IMG/VR virus record: IMGVR_UViG_3300001528_000192
Span: 64,001 to 128,000 of that record
Source of the DNA: a virus
Taxonomy: Duplodnaviria > Heunggongvirae > Uroviricota > Caudoviricetes
Length of the DNA: 64,000 bases
Reading direction: 5' to 3' (one strand)
In this document: one piece after another, positions 21,901 to 34,179 of the stretch
Numbering within the stretch: position 1 is the first letter of the stretch
Layout of the letters: every line of letters starts with the position of its first letter
The notes under the pieces: generated by a model
The model's input: the letters and a program-made list of their open reading frames with translations, nothing else
Databases searched by the model: none
Told to the model about the DNA's origin: nothing
Position numbers and translations under genes: made by a program

Positions 21901-22457
21901 TCCTGCAGAGTAAAGGAGTAATCGTTGCGGAGTAGGAAGAAATAGAAGAAACTCTTCAGCCAAATATAACATATACTATAGAGGGGATTGACTCTACTTA
22001 CAAGTTCAACATAACTAGTTCAGATAATACTTCTGGTATCTCTCTTAGAAACCACATGCTTGATCTACAGGTTACTAATCAAGGCATAGGAATATTAGAC
22101 TATAATGGAAGAGATTTGATAGGAGGTTCCGCTGCTAATTATAGCAATACTAAGTTGTATTATATAACTAAGGGAGACACTGTAACAGTAAAGGCTGCAA
22201 CTAATGTTCCATTTAAGAAAATAAACTATTCTAAGGATAGTTCAGGAAACGTGGTTGTCAGCGCAACTACTACCTCCTTAGAAGTAGGGAAGGAAAATCT
22301 AAATAATAGATTCCAATTAAATGATGGGGGTCTTTTAATACTTAAGGATCCTACTACTTCTGAACTAGAAATGAAGAGAGATGGAAATAATGATACTGGT
22401 AAAGTAAGAGGATTCCAGAAGGCACGATTGTTAAACAAATATAGATATTATTCATAA
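18969..22457 (+). CDS. Large tail (stabilization-type) protein, 1162 aa
   Basis: N-terminus NTF(Q)EGMIMDLNPLVTPNNVLTNCLNGT...L(Q)NDMGNGRV...C(Q)IGSFPSPER resembles crAss-like tail proteins. No TAA/TGA in frame until 22455. Confidence 0.8.
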
Positions 22458-25400
22458 TGACATTCACTGAACCACTTAAAAATCCTATAAATTTTGGAAT
22501 AATGTCCAAAGTTCTTCCTTCTAAAGGAAATATGGCTTGGGAATATAATCCTTTCAGAAATTATCGATTATCTGAAGCCAAATACTACTTTAGAGGGAAG
22601 TTCTTCTCAAAGGAGGAACTAGGAGAAGAACTTGGTAAACCTATTTCAGATGATGCTAAAGATTGGTCAGATTATAAATATCCAAAACTTCCAAACGGAA
22701 TTTAGAGTTATGAGGATGACCCCATATTTTATGATAAAAACTAGCTGGTTGATTTTGACACCAATGAGCTATCTTTTGATATAAATCATCCTGTGGATAT
22801 ATTACCACAATGGTCTTATGATGGTTCTGTAAATCTCATCATAAATGATGGGAAAAATATACCTAGACTTATAAATTCTAGATTTTCTTCTCTTGGAAGA
22901 GGTAAATATCAGATTGTAGATAGAAAAGGAAACAATGATACTAATATATATGATTAGGGGGCATAGTTTGACTCTGATACCTCTTTGTACAAAACATACG
23001 TAGGTATTCCGAAAATTGAGTTTATAAATGTTTATTAGAGTGGAAATCTTCCAGTAGGAAATTACCATTTTTACTTCAGATATGTAGATGCCGACGGAAA
23101 CGAAACAGATTTTGTAGGAGAATCTGGAATGGTATCTATATTCAAAGGAACTCAATTTGGAAGTATAACTTCTGGATTTAGGGATGAAAACTCATACAAG
23201 TCAGTTAAGTTCCTTATTAGCAACATAGACCCTGCTTACTAGTACATAAATGTGTACTATACACGAAGCTCTTCAGATATTAATGAAAATGCAACGATAT
23301 AGACTTATAAGATAGATCAGAAGTTCCTTGTTAATAACTCCCTTATATGTTAGGTCTTCATTACTGGAAATGAGCAGAAAACAGAAATAACTGTTGATGA
23401 AATAAATCCTTAGTATCAGATAGCTTAGAATGTTTAGACGTAGGAGTCTTGTCAAAATATGCTCTTCTTTGGGAATATTGAGAATTAGAACATAGACTAT
23501 ACAGAACTGAGTGATTTATCTTTAAGATTCATAGCTAGAGCTAATACAGAGTAGACATACGACCCAGGGACTCGTGACTATAATGTTGCATCCAGAAATA
23601 CCTATATAGACCCGTCATTCATATATAACTTTACAGGATACTAGAATCATGAAATATATAGATTTGGAATTGTTTATCTTCTAAAGAATGGTACGTTGTC
23701 TCCTGTATTTAACATTAGAGGAATGTACTTTAATGAAGAACATACAGAATACACCAATTTTCCTGTAATGTATAAGAAGAACGAAAGTGATGATAAAGAA
23801 TCCAGATTGTATATAAGTAGTAATGAGGATACTGGAATAGTATATAAAGACGGAAATGATGCTTCCACAGAGGCAACTGAATCCTTGGAGAATATTTATG
23901 GAGTGCTTAGAATAGAAACTGGATTGAACAGGGAAATCTCTAATGTAATTGGAATTTAGGTAGATATACAGGACAAAGACAATTTATTTTAGGAACTGAG
24001 AAAGCATAATATTAAAGGATACTTCTTCGTTAGGCAAAAAAGAATCCCTCTTAGATTATGCCAAGCCTTTACTATAGGAGTAGATGGTGAATCAAATACC
24101 CCACTACTATATACTGACTCTAGTACTACTATCAATTCTAAATCGAAAGATAATTCTAAGGACTTTTACATAGCTGAGAGATTTTTAACAGACGATAAAA
24201 GGTTAGTTCACAACTTAGAGGATAGATTGTATTGTGTCCCAAAAGCTAATGTATACAAATATGGCGCAATCTGTCCAGAATATGATGTGAATAGTCCTTA
24301 TTATAACACCTTATTCTGTGGAGATGAGTACATTGTAGAGCAGGCTTCTGGAAGCACTCCTCTACAATAGGATGAAACTGAAACCAGACACTTCTATGTA
24401 GAGGGAGTAAAAGAAGTTGAAAAACCTACTACATTCACTACTCGAATAGTCGGTGTAGAAGATAATGTTAAACTAGTAGAAGTTGGAAATAAGATGTTTT
24501 CTGCAAGAGCAGGTGAAGCAGAGGAAGCGTTCCGCTATGAGTACATAAATTCAGAAATAAAATCCACAGACTCGTCTAATCTTATAAGAGGTTCATTTGG
24601 ACCTTATATAGCATTTGATGGATATAAATATCCTGGAACTTTAGTGAATATCTATATCAAGGATTATTAGACTATGAATAAATAGGAGTTATTCAAAATA
24701 CGCTATTCCGACAAATCTCCATATTATGCAATATCTGAAAGATATGATATAGAAGAGGATAATGAAAAGTTTATACTTTATAGAGGGGATACCTATATCT
24801 GTACATTTACTCACAGATTAAATAGAAATTTCTAGGACCCACAAGCTCCTACTAACCATAAAATAGTGGATGAGGATTGTTGGAAGGATAACTATGAAGT
24901 ATCAGATGGAGTTGTAAAGACTGAAAACTTTGACAAAATAAATCTTGGAGATGTAAATGCAGTAAAAATTGGAATGTGGGTGACTTTCTAGCTTGTATCT
25001 TCAAGTAATCTAAATATTAGAGCCCTTGACGATTCTGTAGTAGATGAAGTGTCCTTAACTGGCCATGCAAGAGCCTTTTACCCTTATTCTGGTATGTCGG
25101 CGGACGGATCTTATAAAATCCCCGAGGCTTTGTGCTACAATAAAGGATTTAACAAATCGTTGTCTGAGAGACACAATTTTGAAGTTCCAGATGTTCCAGC
25201 AATAAAGAATGACTTTACGAACAGAATAGCATATTCAGATATTCATGTGAATGATGCCTTTAAAAACGGATTCAGAACTTTTAGAGGAACCCATTATAGA
25301 GATTACCCCAAAACCTATGGGCAGATAACTAAGCTTGTAGAATTAAGAGGTAGCTTATTATGTGTTTTTGAACATGGAGTTGCTTTAATTCCAGTAAATG

Positions 25401-27469
25401 AAAGAGCTGTTGCTGGAGAGGGAACAGGTGGAAATATTTACATAAATACTTCTAATGTACTCCCAGAGAATCCAAAAGTTATTTCAGATACATTTGGTAG
25501 TCAATGGAAAGACTCCATTATAAAGACTCCTATGGGTGTCTATGGGGTCGATACAGTAGGAAAGAAAATATGGAGAACTAATGGAGAAAATTTTGAATGC
25601 ATATCTGACTTCAAAGTCCAAGAGTTCTTAAACAAAAATATTACTCTTACTGAAAGAGAGATAGATCCTATAATAGGAATTAGAAATGTCAAAACTCACT
25701 ATAATAAGTTTAAGCATGATGTCATGTTTACCTTCTACGATAATCTTTATGGGTTTGAAGAGAAAGTATGGAATCTATGTTACAACGAACTTATGCAGAA
25801 ATGGATTACCTTTTATAGTTGGGTTCCTAGTTACTCTGAGAATATCTACAACCAGTATTTTAGTTTCGACAGAAATACTTCAAAATGGATTTCTAAATTA
25901 GGAGTTAGTCACTATGGGAATGATTTCTCCGATGGTGTAGTTCTTTCAAACAATATAATTCCAAATGATGCCAAATCTGGATACCGTATAGGGGAGTTAT
26001 CTCTTGCTAATAGAACGCTTCCAACTGGAAAGGATATATCGTGTGACATAGAGTATACTCTTGAACATGATAACTTCGGAAACTATAATAGCTTCGAAAT
26101 TAAATAGGAAGATGGAAAATATTGCCTATATTTGAAGGAAGATGCAGTAAATCTCTGCTCAGAGTTCTATGTTAGAGGAGTAAAGGAAAATGGAAAATAT
26201 GTATAGAAAATAACCAATCCTAATGATTCTTCTTAGAAAGAGGAGTGGATAAAGAAGTGCATTGAAAGTAATGAATATACTATATGTAAAGATGAGTAGG
26301 GAAGGAGAATAGTCTTAGAGTCTGAACCAGATTATAGGGTAAATCCTTCTAAAATAATATAGATGCTTAATATTAAGGCTAATATCTATGTAACATACAA
26401 TGGAGAAACTCCATCCCTTGCAGAGGTATATACTAGTGGGTTCAGAAATGGAACTAAGGTTGATGCTGGATATTATCAGTCTAGTATTGCCGTAATTACA
26501 GAGTATAATAAGTAGTTTCTTTCTACAGACTTTTGGAAACATGGTCAAGCCGGAATTATAGACATTTCAGATAGAATATACCCTTGCTATTGGTATGGTA
26601 AACAACATCCTTTTGAGTTAGAATTTGTTGTAGCCGATAATCCCTAGGCACATAAAATATTTGATGACCTAGAGATTATAAGTAACAATGCAGAACCAGA
26701 GTCTTTCCATTATGAAATTGTCGGAGATTGCTATGATTTTGCAAAGGATAAGAAGAATATGTACATTAGGTAGGAGGCTACAAAGGAACTATACTAGTAT
26801 AATGGCAGTGACATTCTATTTAATTCCGACTATGTTAATTTAGATTCTGAATAGAGAAAGAACTACAGAATAGAGAATGGATAGAAAATAGAATTAAATG
26901 GATATGATAGATCTACACTATTGCCACTATATTACCAAAGAAGAGATAGTATAAATGAAATAGAGGATTACTACGCAGGCACAACTGCTCCATCTAAGGA
27001 TTATTCAGCCTTATCAGGAGGGGAAGTTATACGATACGATACTTTAAATGAATATCATATATGGAATCATGCTAAAGCAGTGGATGTATCAGATCCTACT
27101 AAGGGACGAATAAGAGGCAATATGCAATATAAGGAGGACAAATGGCATGTATAGATAAATCCTCTAAACATAGTATAGAAGAATGAAACATAGTGGACTA
27201 ACCTTGATGGAAAAGTAACCAACTGTGTTCCAGTTGAATTAAAGCAGAATCCTCTACCTAGTGATATTCTTGATCCAACTACTATGCAGGTTCCATCTAG
27301 TTTTGGTGAAGGACAAGGACGTGGGTATGTAGTTTGGAATTGGGAAGAGTCTTAGATGAGAGAGGTAAAAATTAAGGATAAATGGTTAAAAGTTCGCGTG
27401 AGATATAAGGGTAATAAACTAGCAATTATAACAGCTATAAGAACTTTATATAGTATAAGTTATTCATAA
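22457..27469 (+). CDS. Large tail (stabilization/muzzle-type) protein, 1670 aa
   Basis: WEYNPFRNYRL N-terminus and KIKDKWLKVRVRYKGNKLAIITAIRTLYSISYS C-terminus. Track fragments 22457, 23696, 25049 and 26921 share one frame. Confidence 0.8.
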
Positions 27470-27470
27470 T

Positions 27471-29396
27471 ATGGGAATATTTAATCAATCAAGTTCTCCA
27501 TTATCTAGTCTAATGCCCCAATCTTCTCCATATCAAATGCCTGATTATGCTAATGCGTTTAAGATGAATATGTAGCCATAGATGAATAACTTAAAGTTCA
27601 AAGTAGGCCTGGCTACATCTAATTCATCGGATCCTTTAATAGCATTGAATGGTAAAAATATGATGAGCGATGCAATGAATCCTGATTCTCCAGACAGTTA
27701 GCTTCTTCAGAAAAATGATTCTGGAGGAGTTAGCTTTAACTGGGATTAGGGATTTAATGCATTAAGCTAGGTAGGAAGCAAGATTGGAGGATAGGCTGGA
27801 AATGTACTAAATAGTGCTGGAAAGATAGGATCTAGCATTAAGATGATAAGTCAAGCCAATAAAGGAATAAAGGCTGGTCTAGAAGGAGCAAAATCTGCCA
27901 AGGCTGGGGGTATAGGAGCAGCAATAGGAACTGCCTCAGACCTAGTTGGATCCTTTATGCCTTAGAAGACTGAATATGATGGAGCTAAGGGAGATATAAC
28001 ATAGACCATGGACTCTGTGTATGATGGAATATCAGATGCGGCTATGTCTTTTGGACCTATTGGAATGATGGTCGGAGGTATAATGAAAGGAGGAGCCCTC
28101 CTAGGCAAAGGAATGAATGCTTTAGGAGGAGGTACTGATGGGATGACTACTACAGACGCTATCTTAGGTAGTTCCTTCTTAAATCTAACTCCACTAGGTC
28201 TCATAAATGGTTTTGGGGGCCAGAAAGCTAAAACTATTACCAAGGACAATGAAGCCTTTGCCTAGGTAGGTTCTTCCTACACAGGGAGTGAATCTGCTGT
28301 TAATGATGCTCTTTAGAAGAGTGGTAAGAAGTATGGATTATTTAGCAGTAGTGCTAGAAAGAAAGCTAATGAGGAAATAGCAGAAGCTACAAGGCAACAA
28401 AGTATAATTTCAGATATATCTTAGGATGTTTAGGATAGAACAGCAATACGAACTGCCATGGCAGCAATTAATGGAAATCGCCGTGGATTTCATATGCAAG
28501 GAGGCTATGACTAGGCAGCTGTCAGAGTAGGACGAAAGGGAATGTCTATAGAATTGCTTGAAAAAGCTAGATCTATCATAAAGGCTCAACAGGGAACAAA
28601 GACTTTAGACCCATTTTAGATCTATTTATAGAGTCTTCCAGAAAACTAGAGAGATTCTACCAACTATAGAGTCGGAGATTACTGGGAATACAACGGCAGA
28701 CCAAAGAACTTTGAAGAAGCAAAAAGAAAAGGAATGTTCGTAGAACAGGAAGACTTTGATAATTCTGGTAAGTCCTTAGGAAAATCTTGGCATAGTTTTA
28801 CAGTTGCGGAGAATCCTAGTACTGGAGAGTTAGAATTTATGAAATCCTCTACACATCCTACGATATAGAAAGAACTAGACTGGTACAATTCTGATGATGG
28901 AGCTGAGTTTAGAAGTTAGTATGAATTGGTCAAAACAGAGCCTTATTATAAGTATGTTAAAAGGAAAACTCCTATTAAATAGGAAACTCCCTAGCATAAA
29001 AATGGTGGTTCCATTATAAAACTGATTTCTGAAACGATTATAAATTTAGTAGATCCTCTTGATGTTCCTGAGTTTCAAAATGGAGGTTCCATAAATGTAA
29101 TTCCAGATGGGGCATTACATGCTAGGAAACACAATATGAATTTAGAAGGAATAACTCCAAAGGGAATACCTGTAATTAGTGAGAAAGATAATGGAAAGGT
29201 AGAACAACAGGCGGAGATAGAGAAGGAAGAGGTAATCTTTAGACTTGAAGTAACTCAGAAACTGGAGGAGCTTGAGAAGAAATATTACAGCGAGGAAGCA
29301 TCGTAGAAGGAGAAAGATGAATATGCTTTAGAAGCAGGAAAATTAATTACAGAAGAATTATTACATAATACTAAAGACAATGCAGGATTATTATAA
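27471..29396 (+). CDS. Gly-rich internal virion (cargo-like) protein, 641 aa
   Basis: Open with TAG=Gln. Gly/Ala-rich hydrophobic segments plus FQNGGSINVIPDGALHARK. Confidence 0.75.
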
Positions 29397-30174
29397 TACA
29401 ATACCAGCCTTTGGTGTTGGAGGACTAATTGCAAAAATAGCTAAGGCAGCTGGAAGAGCTAAGATATAGGGACATGCAAACCTATTGAGTAAGGAACAGC
29501 CAGAACTATCCAAACTACTTAGTAAACTAGCTAAATCTCAGAAGGGTGGTCCTAAGCTCTCTGATAAGGAGGCAGAGAGACTTGCAACACTAGCTCAGGA
29601 TTATAGAAGAAGTAATATACATTATTAGGATAGAAGAAAAAAGATAAATGAATAGATCGCAGCTAGAAGGAAGCCTGCTCCAAAACCTGCAGAAACTCCA
29701 ACTGAGTAGCCAGCACAACCAGCTAATCCTGTTCCTGGAACAACGTTATCAGCTAGATGGCAGTAGGCGAAAACTTGGATGAACAATCATCCTAAAACTA
29801 CAATAGGAGTACCATTGCTAGCCCTTGGAACAGGTCCTGGAAGATATGTTACCGGAAATGCTGTGAAGGCTATTCAATCAAATCCAGAATCATGGTTTGA
29901 CAATTCTCCAGCTGCACCAGATAACGTTTCTGATTTTGTTATGATGCCAGATGGAACTAAAATTCCTATTAAAAAGTCTGCTGAAGGCTACTTTGTTCCA
30001 GTTACTTAGGATAATAACTAGACCTCACCTGCTGAAGGAGATAATATTGATCAAACTTTAGCTGGCATTACTAATGAAAATCTTGGAGGAACTCCGCAGT
30101 AGCAATCAGGGAATATGCCACAAATTGATCAGTAGGCTATCAATGATTTATTCGATGACGATCAATGGTAGTGA
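29380..30174 (+). CDS. Hypothetical cargo-like protein, 264 aa
   Basis: ATG 29380 is in frame with track fragment 29779. Ends TAG-TGA, overlapping the next gene start. Confidence 0.7.
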
Positions 30175-30740
30175 GAATAGGGAATAAGAAATATAATGTA
30201 AAAGAAGCTAAAACTGAGGAAGAAAAAACTCGTGGTCTTCAGGGGATAAAGACACTTCCAGAGGATGAGGGAATGTTGTTTTACTTTGACCCAGATGAGA
30301 AAATCTCAATGTGGATGAAAGATACTAAAATTCCTCTTGATATTATATTTATAAATGATGACTGCGAGGTAACGAAAGTTCATCATGGAAAACCAAATGA
30401 TGAGACATTAGTATCCTCTCCTGAAACTGCTTATGTATTGGAAGTAAACGAGGATTCAGGAATAAAGGTTGGAGATGAACTAGATATAGAAGATAATTCT
30501 GATCCAGTTATGAAGGTTTTAGCTCCAGATGGTAGTACTTAGATGGAATTATGGGGAGGTGAGAGAATTGTTAGTCGTAGAGAAACTAAAATTCTTATAA
30601 AAAAGGCTAAGGCAGCAGAAGCTGCTAAAGGCTCTCCACAATTCGACAATAAGTGTAGATCACTTGGGAAGTATATTTTCAAAGTAATCAAAGGCTAGGA
30701 TACAAGACCAGCAGAGTATGTTAATAACAAAAATGCCTAA
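30165..30740 (+). CDS. DUF192 (UPF0127)-domain protein with C-terminal extension, 191 aa
   Basis: EEKTRGL...GMLFYF...MWMKDTKIPLDIIFI is the DUF192 signature. Reads through TAG 30540 to TAA 30738. Confidence 0.85.
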
Positions 30741-30819
30741 TATTCTTAGATAATTTTGGTTAGATAAAAATATACTGTATATTTACTCACAATATTATTT
30801 AATTTAATTATATATAATT

Positions 30820-31155
30820 ATGAAAATTACTTATAAAAACGCAGTAAAACAGACTAAGAAGTTCCAGCAAGGTGGTCCAGTTGAAGCTCCTGCTGAAGGT
30901 GCAGAGGCTCCAGTATCTCAGGAAGAGACTCCTGAAGAACCAGCTCCTGAGGAAGAAGGTCAAGAGAATCCTATGATGCAATTAGCACAATTATTTGCAC
31001 AGGGATTACAGAATCAAGATTGTCAGATGCTCGCACAAGGAGCACAAATGTTCTTGCAGCTTGTAGAGCAGCCACAAGGTGGCGGTGCTGAGGAACCACA
31101 GGGTGAACCCGTTTTCCGTAGAGGAGGTCGCCTAGCTTATAGAATTAAGAAATAA
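30820..31155 (+). CDS. Small Gln/Glu/Pro-rich protein, 111 aa, TAG-free
   Basis: Flanked by a promoter-like element and a strong terminator. KKFQQGG at the N-terminus, FRRGG at the C-terminus. Confidence 0.85.
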   Translation: MKITYKNAVKQTKKFQQGGPVEAPAEGAEAPVSQEETPEEPAPEEEGQENPMMQLAQLFAQGLQNQDCQMLAQGAQMFLQLVEQPQGGGAEEPQGEPVFRRGGRLAYRIKK

Positions 31156-31169
31156 TCTATTACTCATTG

Positions 31170-31213
31170 AGAGGAAGTGGAGATAATCAACTCCTCTTCC
31201 TCTTTTTTTTTTT
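31170..31213 (+). terminator. Intrinsic terminator
   Basis: AGAGGAAG-TGGAG...CTCC-T-CTTCCTCT stem followed by a long T tract. Confidence 0.8.
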
Positions 31214-31224
31214 CATATATTATA

Positions 31225-34179
31225 ATGTCACTAGCAAAGAAAATGTAGTAGGGGGGAACTGCTCCCAACTTATATAGCTTTTATGGAAAGCAATATGACT
31301 ATAATGATTTAGCTTAGGCAGCTGATTAGGGACTAAATGAATACTTAGCTACCCTAAAAAGAGGGGAAAAAGACTCTAACGATTTTAGGACTGCTTACTC
31401 TAATATTATGTCAGGAATTAAGGATGGCTCCATTACCTTTGACAATGGACAATTCCATGATTCAAAGGGAAGATACACTAATTCTGATAAAAAGAATAAA
31501 GATTACTATGGCTTAATAGCCAATTATATATATGGGAAGATGGGAAAGTCTAATGTTTATAAGGCTCCAAAAGATCCTTCTAAAATTGAGTGGGGAGATG
31601 GAAGTGTCAAGACGGCTTTGATGAGGCAGCTATTCAATAGTGATAATGGAAATGTTAAAGACTTCCTTGAGCTTGATACCGAGAAAAATGGGGTAAGGAG
31701 TATAGCCAATAGGTCCACTTACTTATCTAATGCTCTTCAATCCGTTGCAGATAATTGGGATAATACCTTCCAAGGATACTAGGATGCTGATAAATCAAAG
31801 TATGTTCCTCTTTTAATTAACGCTGCAAAAGCCTTACGTGATGGAACTATTGACCCAGGAGATTATTTAGCTTTAAGCAAGGCAGTTGGTGGAATGGATT
31901 TTAGAGAGATGATGGCAACTGGGACTCCTACTGTACAAGAGTAGCCTGCATAGCAGGTATAGAACGCTCCTGTATAGCAACCTCAAATAAGAACTAAGCA
32001 CGCATCTCTATTTGATAAATCATATGATGCTAATACAATGAGTAGAATGACGTCAGTTATGACTAGAGTTCCTTCTAAAGGTTTAATTAACATTCTAAGG
32101 AATAGTTTCTATAATAGACACTATAGGTTTGGATCTGACCCAAGAATCTCTCAAATCCTCGGTTCTTCTAATATTAGCAGTAAGGCGGGAATAACTGCAA
32201 CTCTTAATGCTCTTCAAGCTCAAGGTGTATTGTAGAATGCAGATCCGAACAATCCAAATCTTTATTACATTCCAGGTCTCAAGACTAAAAATGGAACAGG
32301 CTGGGTTTGGGACAAAGCAAATAATACTGTGACAGAGTTGCCATTGCAAAATATCCCTTACGCTAAAGATCATATGCAACCACAGCAAGGTAACTTTACT
32401 ACATATGTTAATGCTCATAAATTAGGAGGGATACTAAAAGCTCAGTAGGGAACTAAGCTCCCATGGTATAATGGTATTAATGATTTTGATGTAAATAAGT
32501 TCTCTTCCAGTTGGGGAAATACCTTATATGGAATCAATAACAAGGGAGTATATGGAACCTCCTATGGAAACAGTGGAAGGGGAATGAATGATTCCAGATA
32601 TAAAACTGATTAGAATTTCTCGGACTATACTTAGAAGGGACAATCGTATGCTTCTGAGGTAGAGAATCAACAACATTATAAGGATTTCACAAATAGTCTT
32701 TTATCTGCAGCTTAGGAATATACTAATGCTCAAGACAAGAGCTCCTTTAATGATGATAATAATGTTTTTCTTAAATGGGCACATCTAGTAGATAAGGGAC
32801 TCCCTTCTAATTCTACCTCTACGTTCTTTGACTAGAATGGAAATCTTAGAATGTCTTGGAAGGTTACCAACAAGGATTCTTATATGAGGGGTCCAAGAGG
32901 GGCAATAACCAATCTTTCTGACTACATTAGTAGCATTAGAAATGATCAATTGCTTGCGAATAGACACAATGATCTAATGAGAGAAGGAACTCGTTATTTC
33001 TATAATGACACAGAGGGCAACAAGCACTGGGTTGACCCAGAGGTTGCTAAATCTGGAAAATATCAGGTAAGCACAAATGGCATAAAAAGTGTTGATGGTA
33101 TAACCAACTGGACTGACTATGAATTGACAGGAATTACTCCAGACGCTTCTAATCCTGCTACACAGGGTACTCCTGAGTAGAGTAATGAATCTGCTATAAA
33201 TCCTGTTTAGCAACCAGAGAATAAACCAAATTGGTTCTAGCAGAATGGGTTGAAATTAGCTTAGGACATTGCTCCTTTAGCAGTTGGAGCTGGGAGACTA
33301 TTTGATTCTTTACATACTAATAATAAGGTTGCAGATGTCGTTAGAAGGTCTATAAAACCAGTTCTTAAAAATACTTATGAATTATATTTCCCTGTAACAG
33401 GCGCATTCAGCGAAATGCAACTCAGAAATAGACAAGCAGCTGATGTAAGAAGGCAAGCCGCTTAGCCATATACATCTGATGCATCTCTAAATGCAGCAAG
33501 ATCCTTGGATGCTAATAGACAAGCAGCCGACTTGCAATATCAAGGATTTCTTGCTGATGATAAAGAAATTCTTAGAACTAAACAGGAAGCACTTAAGAGA
33601 CAAGAGGACAACATAGCTAGAAGAACTGACACAGCTAATTTTAACAGAGCTTCTATTAATTAGGCTAACAGGGAACTTGCTTAGATTGAGGCGGGCAGAC
33701 TCAAGAGTAATTGGCAATCTAGAGACAACTTCTTATCTGGTATAGAAGCAGATCTTAAGTAGAGAAATGCTCAACGTGATTACGATAGAAGAGTAGAGCT
33801 AGCACGTTCATTATCTCTTGATATGCAAGATATGAATCGTCCATATGAAATAAAAGCAAGAAACCTCAAACAGCAGTATTGGGATTCAGTTAAAGATATG
33901 TCTCAGGAGTTCAATGCTAAGTTAGCTGCTTGGCAATCTGTTAATGGGGAGGATGCCGGCTATACTACTCAGCCATTCTATAAAGATTATGTAGCAAAGG
34001 CAAGGGCACTTAGAGACAAATATTATACTGATTCAGATGCTCTAGCTGAGGAATAGTCTAGAGGAACTAGGTAGTACATAGAAGGACTTAGAACTAAAAT
34101 GAATTAGAGTACTCTCTTTAGAAGAGGAGGAAAGCTAAGTCCTACTGCTATGAATTTAATACGTAAAGTAGTAAAATAA
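31225..34179 (+). CDS. Large cargo/ejection-type virion protein, 984 aa
   Basis: MSLAKKM(Q)(Q)GG start. Four track fragments in one frame. C-terminal coiled coil. TAA 34177 overlaps the next ATG. Confidence 0.8.
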
